From NCBI GenBank assembly GCA_016288155.1, contig JAEEYP010000105.1, positions 2,746 to 66,745 of the forward strand: DNA of 64,000 nt. Reading direction: 5' to 3'. Origin of the DNA: Clostridiales bacterium (GTDB lineage: Bacteria; Bacillota; Clostridia; Oscillospirales; CAG-272). Each line of letters begins with the position of its first letter. Position 1 is the stretch's first letter. Shown one piece after another: positions 9,646 through 18,943 of the stretch. The notes beneath the pieces are model-generated. The model saw only the letters and a program-made list of their open reading frames with translations, did not search any database and was not told the origin of the DNA. The position numbers and the translations under genes were made by a program.

Positions 9646-10134
9646 ATGACCATGAAATGCCCGATGTGCGGATACAACGACAGCAAAGTGATCGATTCCC
9701 GTCCGGTCGAAGAGAACGACAGCATCCGCCGCCGCCGGGAATGCCTGAAGTGCCAGCACCGTTTCACGACGTACGAGGTGATCGAGGCCTTCCAGCCGCT
9801 CATCATCAAAAAGGACGGCTCCAAAGAGTATTTCGACAAGAACAAGCTGCTCGTCGGTCTGCTGAAAGCGTGCGAGAAGCGCCCCGTGGACGCCGAAGCG
9901 ATCGCCGCCGAGATCGAGGCCGAGGTCATGAATTCGCTGCACCGCGAGATCTCCTCGCGGGAGATCGGCGAGATGGCGATGGAAAAGCTGCGCCGCTGCG
10001 ACGCCGTCGCCTACGTGCGCTTCGCTTCCGTGTACCGCGAATTCAAGGACGTGGAGACGTTTCTGCGCGAGCTCTCCGATCTGAAGGCGGATCAGCAGCG
10101 CACGGACGCCGCCGCGGATGCGGAGCCGCGCTGA
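9646..10134 (+). CDS. nrdR: Transcriptional repressor NrdR (zinc ribbon + ATP-cone)
   Basis: MTMKCPMCGYNDSKVIDSRP...RRRRECLKCQHRFTTYE. GGAGAG RBS 8 nt upstream. Confidence 0.92.
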   Translation: MTMKCPMCGYNDSKVIDSRPVEENDSIRRRRECLKCQHRFTTYEVIEAFQPLIIKKDGSKEYFDKNKLLVGLLKACEKRPVDAEAIAAEIEAEVMNSLHREISSREIGEMAMEKLRRCDAVAYVRFASVYREFKDVETFLRELSDLKADQQRTDAAADAEPR

Positions 10135-10145
10135 ACGGACAAACG

Positions 10146-10186
10146 AAAAAAGGATCCCGGAAGCCTCGGCTTCCGGGATCCTTTTT
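10146..10186. terminator. Bidirectional rho-independent terminator
   Basis: aaaaaggatcccggaagc / gcttccgggatccttttt perfect long stem, loop ctcg. Confidence 0.9.
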
Positions 10187-10199
10187 GCGTCGGGGGATA

Positions 10200-11201
10200 T
10201 CAGAAGAAGATCGTCCGTCCGGTCTCGATGGACTCGTTGCAGGCGAGCGTCAGCCGCAGGGACTTGACCGCCTCGCTGTAGTCCGCAAGGATCCGGGAGG
10301 TGTCGCCGGTGCGGACCGCGTGGATGAACGCCTCGTCCTGAATGCCGGTCTGTTCCTTGCCGCGCTGGAACTCCTGCACGCCGTTCTTATCGGTGATCTT
10401 CAGGCTGCTGCGGAGCTTGTACTCGAGCGTCGCGTCCGCGCAGTAGATGTTCATACCGCTCTGCATGCCGGGATCGCCGGTCTTGTAGCAGGCAGTGAAG
10501 ATCGTGCAGATCACGCCGCTCTTGAACTTGATGACCGCGGACGAGCAGTCGTGCACGTTGTAGCCGGGGACGCCGTACGCGTCGCCGTCCACGATGCCGC
10601 GCGTACCGGCGCAGTTGACGTACAGCGGCTCGCCGAAGAGATACCGCGCCTGGTCGAAGATGTGGATGTTCTGCTCCACGACCTGACCGCCGGAGGTCTC
10701 CATCCGTCTCCACCACCACACGCCGGGGATGCCGCCGTACCACGCGCCCGTTGCGAGGCCGACCTTCTTGTCCTTGATGTAGTCCTTCATGATCTGCGTC
10801 AGGTCCTGATACCGATCCTGGAATCCGGCGGCGGTGATGAGCCCCTTCGCCTTGATGAGGGACTCGATATGCTCCGCCGTCTTCATGTCGAGAGCGACCG
10901 GCTTCTCGATGAGGAACGGGATCCCCCGCTCGATGATCGCCGGCTCGATCTCACCGTGCACGTGCGGCGGGACGGCCATGAAGATGGCGTCCGGCTTCAC
11001 GCTCGCGAGCATGTCCCTGTAATCGCGGAAGATCTTCCCCGTCGGGTCGACCTGCACGCGTTCCGCGTACTTGTACGCCTTCTCTTCGTCGATATCGCAG
11101 AAGCCGACGTACTCGATGTTGTCGAGATTCTCCATGCATTTCTGGACGTGCGCGCCGTTGCGGCCGCCGCAGCCGATGAACGCAACCTTGGTTGTAGCCA
11201 T
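10200..11201 (-). CDS. Gfo/Idh/MocA family NAD(P)-dependent oxidoreductase
   Basis: VAFIGCGGRNG Rossmann motif, FLIEKP motif, RBS GGAGAGAGG. Confidence 0.85.
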   Translation of the reverse strand: MATTKVAFIGCGGRNGAHVQKCMENLDNIEYVGFCDIDEEKAYKYAERVQVDPTGKIFRDYRDMLASVKPDAIFMAVPPHVHGEIEPAIIERGIPFLIEKPVALDMKTAEHIESLIKAKGLITAAGFQDRYQDLTQIMKDYIKDKKVGLATGAWYGGIPGVWWWRRMETSGGQVVEQNIHIFDQARYLFGEPLYVNCAGTRGIVDGDAYGVPGYNVHDCSSAVIKFKSGVICTIFTACYKTGDPGMQSGMNIYCADATLEYKLRSSLKITDKNGVQEFQRGKEQTGIQDEAFIHAVRTGDTSRILADYSEAVKSLRLTLACNESIETGRTIFF

Positions 11202-11267
11202 AGTGTACCTCTCTCCTATTTTCCACCGGTCCGCCGGACCGGTTGATTCCTCAGGGCACGCGCCGCG

Positions 11268-13169
11268 TCAGAGCGAACGCAGGGTGTACAGTACGAAGCG
11301 GTCGGAGATCTCCTCGCGCGTCATGGGACGGCGGCGGAAGAGGATCCGGAAGCGGTAGGTGACGCTCTGCCCCGCCGGGATCGTGAAGCCGCCCTTGAAA
11401 TAGAGATTGTTCGCGGCGAACAGACCGTAGGCACGGATATGCCACGCCGTCGGGAAGCGCTCGTTCTTCTGCCAGTCGAAAACGGTGACGCCCATCGGAC
11501 CGACGCCCTCCGGCTCGCCGTAGTAGTCGCACCATTCCGCCGAACGGCTCCAGCACTCCGGCTCGCCGACGCCGCCCCAGGAATTGGACAGCTGACCGCA
11601 GCCGATGTCGGCGCGCAGCGGATCGCAGAGGCGGATGCCGAGCGGGCCGGCCTCCTTCGTCTTCCCGAAACGCACGTCGCCGTAGTCCGCCGTGAAGGTC
11701 ACGCACAGATCGAGCGCGCGGCACGCCTCGGACTGGTTATAGACGGTGTACTGCGTCGTCTCGGTGACGAGCGGATTCTCTTTCCCGTCCATCCAGCGGT
11801 TCCTGACGCGGAAGGTCGCGTAAGCGCTCGAGGAGAAGACCTCCTCCACTGCCTCGTTGCGCACGTATCCGAAATTGCCTTTCTCGTTCCAGCAGTCGAT
11901 CCCGTTCACGTCGCCGACGGCGATGAAGACGGAGCGCTGATGCGGATGCTCCTCGGTCCCCAGATCGAGGCGCGTGAAGGGATTCCCCTCGTCGTCCTTC
12001 ACCTGTCCGAAGAACGGCTTCGGCTGCGCTTCGCTGTACACGTAATCGGAGAAGCGGCAGCCGCCGATCGTGACTTCCAGTTTTTTCTCCTCCGGGCAGG
12101 CGCGCACGGACGGCGCTCCGGCGACCGTCTCCGTGCCGAGCGTCAGCGTCAGCGTCTCGCCCTTCTTCGCAGTAAGGACCGCAAGCAGACCCTCTTTATA
12201 CGGCGAGGCGGGGAACGTCCTGCCGCCGGCGGAGACGGAGGTCGTCTTCGGATCGACGCCGCCCCGCGCGGGGATGATATACGTCGGTTCCTCGATCAGA
12301 TCGCGGATCGGCGTGACCTCCGCCGTCTTCGCGTAGGAAAAGATCTCGCGCAGATAGACGAGCGACTTCTTTACCTCTTCCTTGAAATCGTCGAACCCGC
12401 ACTCGATGGAGACCGCGCCGTCGTATCCGCCGCGGAGGAGCGCCGACGCGAAACGGGGATTGTACGTGGGATCTCCGGCGTTCTCCCGTCCGGGAGAGGT
12501 GCGGTCCGGCGCGTCGGCGATATGGCAGTGACGGATGAGATCCATATACGGCGCGATGCCGCACGGCTTCGTCTTCTCGATCGCCATATGGAACGAATCG
12601 CAGAGCAGCAGCACGTTCGGGTGCCCCAGCGCGCGGATGCAGTCGCCGGATTCCGGAACGGTGTTGAACACGTTGCTCTCCATCTTCCGCAGCGGCTCGA
12701 TGAGCAGCGTCACGCCGTGCGCCGCCGCCGCGTCCGCCATCCGCCGCACGAAAGCGTACAGCGTCTCCCGGCTCTCTTCTTCTCTTCCCTCGACCAGGGA
12801 ACGCGCCTTGCCGCTGCCGAAGACCGCGTAGCGGACGCCGAGCTTTTCCATGATGGAAAAGAGTTTTTCCGCGCGCGCCAGATACGCGTCGTGCGGCGCG
12901 TCCGGATCGGCAAGCCGGTAATCTCCGGGGAACATGCTGTTCACGGCGCGCAGCTTCAGCGGAGACTTTGCGTTCTCCACGCACAGATACGCCACGTCCT
13001 CCTCCGTGAGATCCGCGAGCATGCCGCCCGCGCACTCCGTGCAGTCGTATCCGAGCTCAAGCAGATACCGACACTTCGCCACGATCTGCGCGGCGGGAGA
13101 TTCCGGCACGCTGCCGACGCCCTCCGGCATCAGCGACCCGCCCGGGATACAGCAACTGATCTGAATCAT
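11268..13169 (-). CDS. Fusion protein: xylose-isomerase-like TIM barrel (sugar phosphate isomerase/epimerase family) + C-terminal PmoA/DUF6807-like domain
   Basis: The N-terminal ~280 aa show the TIM-barrel pattern (LLIEPL..., HCHIAD, SIECGF). The C-terminal ~350 aa contain HPHQRS, DCWNE, WHIRAYGLFAANN and RFRILF, typical of PmoA-family proteins. Confidence 0.65.
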   Translation of the reverse strand: MIQISCCIPGGSLMPEGVGSVPESPAAQIVAKCRYLLELGYDCTECAGGMLADLTEEDVAYLCVENAKSPLKLRAVNSMFPGDYRLADPDAPHDAYLARAEKLFSIMEKLGVRYAVFGSGKARSLVEGREEESRETLYAFVRRMADAAAAHGVTLLIEPLRKMESNVFNTVPESGDCIRALGHPNVLLLCDSFHMAIEKTKPCGIAPYMDLIRHCHIADAPDRTSPGRENAGDPTYNPRFASALLRGGYDGAVSIECGFDDFKEEVKKSLVYLREIFSYAKTAEVTPIRDLIEEPTYIIPARGGVDPKTTSVSAGGRTFPASPYKEGLLAVLTAKKGETLTLTLGTETVAGAPSVRACPEEKKLEVTIGGCRFSDYVYSEAQPKPFFGQVKDDEGNPFTRLDLGTEEHPHQRSVFIAVGDVNGIDCWNEKGNFGYVRNEAVEEVFSSSAYATFRVRNRWMDGKENPLVTETTQYTVYNQSEACRALDLCVTFTADYGDVRFGKTKEAGPLGIRLCDPLRADIGCGQLSNSWGGVGEPECWSRSAEWCDYYGEPEGVGPMGVTVFDWQKNERFPTAWHIRAYGLFAANNLYFKGGFTIPAGQSVTYRFRILFRRRPMTREEISDRFVLYTLRSL

Positions 13170-13399
13170 ACAACCCTCCGAAATATAATCAAAATGCTGG
13201 AAACATTATAACATAGATGCGTCGAAAAACAAAGAGTTTTTTTGAAAAAACGATCCCGCAGCGGACACTTTTTTCACCGCCCGGCGCAAAGCGCGGTCCG
13301 CGTCAGACTGCGGCGGGCCGTCCGCCGTCGCCGCGGAACAGCGTCGTCTCGTCTGTTTCCCCCATGCTTTTCATTCGGCGTATCTCCTCCGCGTCCCGC

Positions 13400-14017
13400 T
13401 CAGAACGCCTTGCTTACGATGATCTCCACGCGGGGACCCAGGATCCGGACGCTGACGTCGTCGGCGATATTGGCGACGATGGACTTTTCGAGCTCGTCCC
13501 ACGCTTCGGCGGCGTCCTCTCCGTCGTTCTTCTTCTTTTTGACTTCGTCCCGGTATTTGTCCATCGACCAGAAGAACGCGCCCGCGCCGACGTCGCTTGC
13601 CGACGGGCTCGCCATGTTCATGAGCCCGAGCGAAAGCCCGTCAAGGAGCGCGGACTCCGACGAATCGTCCGCCATGAACTCGGCGATCATGATGCGGATC
13701 TTTCCCATGATGCCCTTCGCGGCGGCGTTCTCGCCGCTTGTGGAGGCGGAGAGGAACTGCTGCCGCATCTCGCCGGTCATTTTCAGATCGGATCTCAGAC
13801 GGAGGGAAAAGTTTCTCCCTTCATATTCCACCCGGTATTCCGCCTCTACCATGCCGGCGATGCTCCGCAGCATGCCGAACAGTTCTTCCGCCAGAAGACG
13901 GAGATGCAGAAGCGGCTTTCTCTCCAGTCCGCTCTCGGCGCCAAGCTTCTCCGTCGTGCACAGAGCCTCCTCCATGCCGCCGCCCCGGCTGTCCACGTAC
14001 ATTTTCTTCGTTTTCAT
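13400..14017 (-). CDS. Hypothetical protein (205 aa); weak resemblance to a GHKL/anti-sigma-kinase-like fold
   Basis: Start MKTKKMYVD at 14017 with RBS gaaaggaag. Codon usage matches the neighbours. The upstream part of the 345-aa ORF is Arg/Gly junk. Confidence 0.6.
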   Translation of the reverse strand: MKTKKMYVDSRGGGMEEALCTTEKLGAESGLERKPLLHLRLLAEELFGMLRSIAGMVEAEYRVEYEGRNFSLRLRSDLKMTGEMRQQFLSASTSGENAAAKGIMGKIRIMIAEFMADDSSESALLDGLSLGLMNMASPSASDVGAGAFFWSMDKYRDEVKKKKNDGEDAAEAWDELEKSIVANIADDVSVRILGPRVEIIVSKAF

Positions 14018-14082
14018 TGCCGTCTTCCTTTCCCGCGGCGTCCCCCGCGGCAGTCTCGACATCCGTCGTATCCACACTGTAT

Positions 14083-14112
14083 ATTGTACCCCGCGGCGCC
14101 CCCGTTTGTCAA
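14083..14112 (-). promoter_or_regulatory. Promoter TTGACA-18-TACAAT for 13400..14017
   Basis: The reverse complement reads cagTTGACAaacgggggcgccgcggggTACAATat. Confidence 0.5.
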
Positions 14113-14194
14113 CTGAAAAGCGAAAGAAAATCGCCCGCCGCGCCGGCACGCGCCGCTTTGCGCGGCATCTGCGGGCGGGAAGTTGGCGAAACCT

Positions 14195-14223
14195 ATTGCA
14201 AACGGAAACGGCGCGTGATATAA
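14195..14223 (+). promoter_or_regulatory. Promoter TTGCAA-17-TATAAT for the corrinoid methyltransferase operon
   Basis: ctaTTGCAAacggaaacggcgcgtgaTATAATtatg, about 78 nt upstream of the ATG. Confidence 0.65.
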
Positions 14224-14301
14224 TTATGAAAAGAGCGGCGGACAGAGCGGCAGCGCTCCCTGCCCGCCCCGCCGATCCGGCCCCATACCGCGGAGGACGC
14301 C

Positions 14302-15420
14302 ATGACGAACAGAGAGCGTGCGATGAACATCCTGCACTACAAGCCGGCCGACCGGCTCCCCGCCGTCCATTTCGGGTACTGGGGACAGCTCCTCGGCGAA
14401 TGGGCGGATCAGGGGAAGATCCCCCGGGAGCTGGCACAAGACAACCGCGACGGAAGCGAAAAGGAACGGGAGCTCGACCGTCTCATCGGATGGGACTTCA
14501 ACTGGTATCACTGCGTCGGCGCGAACTTCGGTCTCTCACCGCGTTTTGAGACGAAGGAACTGGAGATCCTGCCGGACGGCTCGCACCGTATCCTGAACGG
14601 CGACGGCGTCATCGAGAAGTACAAGCCCGGCGTGTCGTCCATCCCCTCGGAGGACGACTACCTTCTGAAGGACCGCGAGGCGTTCGAGACGCTGTACCGT
14701 CCGAAAATGCAGTATTCGCCGAAGCGGGTCGACTCGGAGTTCTTCCGGCATTTCAACGAAACGCGCCCGCAGGACGTCCCCGTGGGGCTCCATCTCGGCT
14801 CCGTCATGGGCGATATCCGCAACATGACCTCCGTTGTCGGCATGAGCTATCTCCTGTACGACGAGGACGAGGAATTGTTCGCCGATCTCGTCGACACGTA
14901 CGCCGAAATGCAGTACCGATGCGCCGAGGCGGTCCTCGGGTCGGGCGCGCGCTTCGATTTCGCGCATTTCTGGGAGGATATCTGCTTCAAGAACGGACCG
15001 CTCGTCGCCCCGGATTTCTTCGACGAGCTGACCGCGAAGCACTACAAAAAACGCTGCGACCTCTGCCATTCCTACGGCATAGACATCATCTCCCTCGACT
15101 GCGACGGCGTCACCGACAAGCTCCTCCCCACGTGGTTCGAGAACGGCGTCAACACGATGTTCCCCATCGAGGTCGGCGTGTGGGGCGACCAGTTCGAGGC
15201 GGCACGGAAGAGATTCGGTCCCGGCATGCGCGGCGTCGGCGGCATGGACAAAACGGCGCTCCGCGAGGACAGGGCGGCCGTCGACCGCGAGATCGAACGC
15301 ATGAAGCGGCTCGCGTCGCTCGGCGGATTCATCCCCTGCCCCGACCACCGGCTCATGCCCGGTACGAAATTCGAGCTCGTCCAGTACTACGCCGAGGAAA
15401 TCAAGAAGATCAGGATCTGA
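14302..15420 (+). CDS. Uroporphyrinogen-decarboxylase (URO-D/MtaA-CmuA) family methyltransferase
   Basis: 372 aa. The C-terminal pattern GGMDK...GGFIPCPDH and the overall layout are typical of URO-D-family corrinoid-dependent methyltransferases. Confidence 0.7.
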   Translation: MTNRERAMNILHYKPADRLPAVHFGYWGQLLGEWADQGKIPRELAQDNRDGSEKERELDRLIGWDFNWYHCVGANFGLSPRFETKELEILPDGSHRILNGDGVIEKYKPGVSSIPSEDDYLLKDREAFETLYRPKMQYSPKRVDSEFFRHFNETRPQDVPVGLHLGSVMGDIRNMTSVVGMSYLLYDEDEELFADLVDTYAEMQYRCAEAVLGSGARFDFAHFWEDICFKNGPLVAPDFFDELTAKHYKKRCDLCHSYGIDIISLDCDGVTDKLLPTWFENGVNTMFPIEVGVWGDQFEAARKRFGPGMRGVGGMDKTALREDRAAVDREIERMKRLASLGGFIPCPDHRLMPGTKFELVQYYAEEIKKIRI

Positions 15421-15471
15421 CGGCGGCGCACAGCCAGCCGATAAAGGACGATAAAGGAAAGGAAGATCGAC

Positions 15472-16122
15472 ATGAACACCGAACTGCTGAATGAGATCTC
15501 CGAAAATCTCCAGCACGGCAAAGCCAAGGTCGTAAAGGAACTCGTCCAGAAGGCCGTGGACGAGGGCATCGCGCCGGACGTCATCCTGAACGAAGGTCTG
15601 CTCTCCGGCATGAATATCATCGGCGAAAAGTTCAAGAACAACGAGGTCTACGTCCCCGAGGTGCTCGTCGCGGCGCGTGCCATGAACATGGGCGTCGGCG
15701 TCCTCAAGCCCCTGCTCGCCGAGGCGGGCGTCAAGGCGAAGGGCCGCGTCTGCATCGGGACCGTGCAGGGGGATCTGCACGATATCGGCAAAAACCTCGT
15801 AAAGCTGATGTTCGAGGGCAAGGGACTCGAGGTCATCGATCTCGGCACGGACGTCGCCCCGGAGACCTTCGTGCAGACCGCCATCGAGCAGGACTGCCAG
15901 ATCATCGCCTGCTCCGCGCTCCTGACGACGACGATGGGCGTCATGGAGGAGGTCGTGAAGAAGGCGGAGGAGGCCGGCATCCGCGATAAGGTCAAGATCA
16001 TGGTCGGCGGCGCGCCGGTGGACGAGGCGTTCTGCAAAAAGATCGGCGCGGACGCCTACACGCCGGACGCGGCGAGCGCAGCGGACAAGGCCGTCGAGTT
16101 CTGCCTCGCGGCTGCAGGCTGA
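15472..16122 (+). CDS. Corrinoid (cobalamin-binding) protein, MtaC/MtbC-like
   Basis: B12-binding cap followed by the DxHxxG motif (GDLHDIGKN) and ...GGAP.... Confidence 0.9.
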   Translation: MNTELLNEISENLQHGKAKVVKELVQKAVDEGIAPDVILNEGLLSGMNIIGEKFKNNEVYVPEVLVAARAMNMGVGVLKPLLAEAGVKAKGRVCIGTVQGDLHDIGKNLVKLMFEGKGLEVIDLGTDVAPETFVQTAIEQDCQIIACSALLTTTMGVMEEVVKKAEEAGIRDKVKIMVGGAPVDEAFCKKIGADAYTPDAASAADKAVEFCLAAAG

Positions 16123-16140
16123 GCACCGGGCGGACGATCT

Positions 16141-16716
16141 ATGGAAAACGACGCGTTGTTCGGCCGCCTGTGCGGCGAAGCCGGAGCGCTCGGCGCGTAC
16201 CGCGCGGCGGTGATCCCCGCCTCCGAGGTAGAAACGGACGCCTCTTTCCGGGATCTGTGCAAAGCGAACGTCTGCGGAAATTACGGAAAATGCTGGACCT
16301 GTCCGCCCTCCGCCGGAGAGATCGAAGAGCTCATGGCGAAGGTGCATTCCTTTTCCTTCATCCTCGTCTATCAGACGGTGAGCGATCTCGAAGACAGTTA
16401 CGATTTCGAGGGCATGGCGGCGGCGGGCGAGCGCCACGGCAGGCTGATGACCGCGCTGCGGGAAAAACTGGATCGGATAGAACTTCCGCGCCGTCTCTAC
16501 CTCGGCGCGGGCGGCTGCCGGATCTGTCCGGTCTGCGCGAAAAAGACGGACGAGCCGTGCCGGCATCCCGAAGCGGCGATCGCGTCGCTTGAGACGTACG
16601 GCGTCAACGTCTCTTCTCTGGCGAAGGCCGCCGGCATGAAGTATATCAACGGGCAGAATACCGTCACCTATTTCGGCGGGATGCTTTTCGATCTGCCCGA
16701 CGGGATACAGCCGTGA
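16141..16716 (+). CDS. DUF2284 metal-binding protein
   Basis: CKANVCGNYGKCWTCPP and CRICPVC...C Cys clusters, characteristic of DUF2284. Confidence 0.65.
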   Translation: MENDALFGRLCGEAGALGAYRAAVIPASEVETDASFRDLCKANVCGNYGKCWTCPPSAGEIEELMAKVHSFSFILVYQTVSDLEDSYDFEGMAAAGERHGRLMTALREKLDRIELPRRLYLGAGGCRICPVCAKKTDEPCRHPEAAIASLETYGVNVSSLAKAAGMKYINGQNTVTYFGGMLFDLPDGIQP

Positions 16717-16736
16717 GGTGCGGCGCGGAGTGAAGG

Positions 16737-18245
16737 ATGGCTGAGAGAACGGTAACGGTCGACGGGGTCCCGTATCCGTGCGGCGAAGGAACGCGGCTGG
16801 GCGAGCTTCTCGCCCGGATCGGCGCGCTTCCCATGCCCTGCGGAGGACACGGACGGTGCGGCAAATGCCGCGTGTGCGTCACGGGGGACGTTCTGCCGCC
16901 GGACGACCATGAAAAAAAACTCCTCGGCGCGGCAGAGACGGCGGCGGGCATCCGCCTCGCCTGCCGCGTCACGGTCACGGGGGACTGCGCGGTCACCGTC
17001 CCGCGGGAAGCGGGAGACGCGCGGATCCGCACGGACGGTACACTGCCGGATCTCACGCCGGATCCGGCTTTTTTCCGTGTCGGCGCCGCCGTAGATATCG
17101 GTACGACGACGCTGGCGGCGCGGCTTCTCGGACGGAACGGAGAAATCTTAGCGGAGACCAGCCGTCTGAATCCGCAGTCCGCCTGGGGCGCGGACGTGAT
17201 CACCCGCATGGAAGCGGCGCTCGCCGGACACGCCGGAGAACTCGCCTCCTCCGTCCGTGAAGCCGTGAACGGGATGATCCTCTCCCTGACGCGGGAGGCC
17301 GGTCTCCCGGACGGCGCCGCGGACGGCGCCGTCGTCACGGGCAACACCGCCATGCTCAGCCTGATGACGGAGACCGATACGGAACCGCTCACGCACGCGC
17401 CCTTTCTCGCGGCGCGTCTTTTCGGAGAGACCGTCCCGGCGTCCTCGCTCGGGTTCGGCTCGCTCTCGCCGGACGCATCCGTGTATTTCCCGCCCTGCGC
17501 CGGGGCGTTCGTCGGCGCGGACATGATGTGTTCTCTTCTGGCGTCGGATATCCCGCATCGGTCCGGGACGCGGCTGCTCACCGATATCGGTACGAACGGC
17601 GAGATGATCCTCTCTCACCAAGGCCGCCTCCTCGCCGCCTCGACCGCCGCCGGACCGGCATTTGAAGGCGCGGGCATCTCCATGGGGATGGGCGGACGCG
17701 GCGGCGCGATCGACCGCGTGCGGGCGGAGGACGGACGTCTGAGTGCCCGCGTGATCGGCGGCGGTGAGCCCGTCGGTATCTGCGGGAGCGGGATCGTCGA
17801 CGCCGTGGCGGCGCTGCTCGAGATCGGGGCGCTCGACGAGACCGGTTATCTGGAGAACGATCCCGCGCCGATCGCGGGGCCCGTTTCTCTGACGCAGGAC
17901 GATATCCGCATGGTGCAACTGGCGAAAAGCGCGATCCACGCCGGACTGCGGACGCTGCTCCGCACGGTCGGCGCGGGATGCGAGGAGGTCGAAGAGCTCG
18001 CCGTGGCGGGCGGCTTCGGCAGTTATCTCGATATCGGGAACGCGGGCGCGATCGGGCTTCTGCCCGCGGAGCTCCTGACGAAGGTGCGCATCCTCGGCAA
18101 CGCCGCGCTCTCCGGCGCGTCGATGCTCCTTTTGTCGGTACCGCTGCGGGGGGAGATCGAGGTCCTCGCGCGGCGCACGGAGACGGTCTCCCTCGCCGCC
18201 AATCCCACCTTCGCCGAGGAATACATGGAGCGGATGCTCTTCTGA
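16737..18245 (+). CDS. Corrinoid activation/regeneration protein (RACE/RACo-type: 2Fe-2S ferredoxin + ASKHA ATPase)
   Basis: CGGHGRCGKCRV 2Fe-2S motif. DIGTTT and TDIGTNGE are ASKHA phosphate motifs. Confidence 0.85.
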   Translation: MAERTVTVDGVPYPCGEGTRLGELLARIGALPMPCGGHGRCGKCRVCVTGDVLPPDDHEKKLLGAAETAAGIRLACRVTVTGDCAVTVPREAGDARIRTDGTLPDLTPDPAFFRVGAAVDIGTTTLAARLLGRNGEILAETSRLNPQSAWGADVITRMEAALAGHAGELASSVREAVNGMILSLTREAGLPDGAADGAVVTGNTAMLSLMTETDTEPLTHAPFLAARLFGETVPASSLGFGSLSPDASVYFPPCAGAFVGADMMCSLLASDIPHRSGTRLLTDIGTNGEMILSHQGRLLAASTAAGPAFEGAGISMGMGGRGGAIDRVRAEDGRLSARVIGGGEPVGICGSGIVDAVAALLEIGALDETGYLENDPAPIAGPVSLTQDDIRMVQLAKSAIHAGLRTLLRTVGAGCEEVEELAVAGGFGSYLDIGNAGAIGLLPAELLTKVRILGNAALSGASMLLLSVPLRGEIEVLARRTETVSLAANPTFAEEYMERMLF

Positions 18246-18305
18246 CGCGGCGGATCGGCCGCTGATAACGAAAGTCCCAAGAATTCAAGAAGTAAGGAAG
18301 ATCGT

Positions 18306-18854
18306 ATGGAACCGCCGGACGTCATGATCCTGATCGGTCAGATCCTCGGCGTGATCGCCGTGATCCTCGGGTTCGTCTCTTTCCAAATGAAGACCGCGAA
18401 GCAGGTCGTTTTCATGCAGTGCGCGGTCGCCGCCGTTTTCTGCGCGCACTATCTGTTTCTCGGAGCGATCTCGGGAGGCATTCTGAACGCGGTCTGCTTC
18501 GTGCGGAACGTCGCCTATTCCTTCAGGGACAAAAAGTTCCTGTCGGGGGTATGGGTGACCGTCTTCTTCGTCGTTCTGATGACGTGCCTGGGGATCGGGT
18601 CATGGCAGGGATGGCCTTCCCTGTTCGTGATCGTCGGCCTCGTGCTCAATACCGTTGCCATGCGGTTCAAGGATCCGCAGAACATCCGGCGCAGCATCCT
18701 CGTCACCTCGCCGCTCGTGATCATCTACGACCTGATCGTCCGCTCGTACGGCGGGATCGTCTACGAATCGGTCGTCATCGTCTCATCGATCATCGGGCTG
18801 ATCCGCGCCCGCAGAAGCGCGGGTGAGGAGACCGCCCACGCCGAAGAACAATAA
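18306..18854 (+). CDS. YgjV-family inner membrane protein
   Basis: 182 aa with about 5 TM segments. The FQMK...Q..AA..F..HY.LLGA..G..LN pattern matches the YgjV family. RBS AAGGAAG. Confidence 0.6.
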   Translation: MEPPDVMILIGQILGVIAVILGFVSFQMKTAKQVVFMQCAVAAVFCAHYLFLGAISGGILNAVCFVRNVAYSFRDKKFLSGVWVTVFFVVLMTCLGIGSWQGWPSLFVIVGLVLNTVAMRFKDPQNIRRSILVTSPLVIIYDLIVRSYGGIVYESVVIVSSIIGLIRARRSAGEETAHAEEQ

Positions 18855-18863
18855 AGCGTACAA

Positions 18864-18906
18864 GACCGCCCGAAGCATGTTCCATAGGGAAATGCTCCGG
18901 GCGGTC
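18864..18906. terminator. Long hairpin between convergent genes (probable bidirectional terminator; weak U-tracts)
   Basis: gaccgcccgaagcat / atgctccgggcggtc, a 15-bp stem with one mismatch. Confidence 0.45.
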
Positions 18907-18943
18907 TCGTTGGCTTTCCTGCCGTGTGCGTTCCGGCGCCGCG

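Noticed and set aside
14224-14301. Possible cobalamin riboswitch ahead of the corrinoid operon.
   Set aside because: The leader is only ~78 nt, and I see no B12-box-like core or multi-stem architecture. It is too short for a cobalamin riboswitch.
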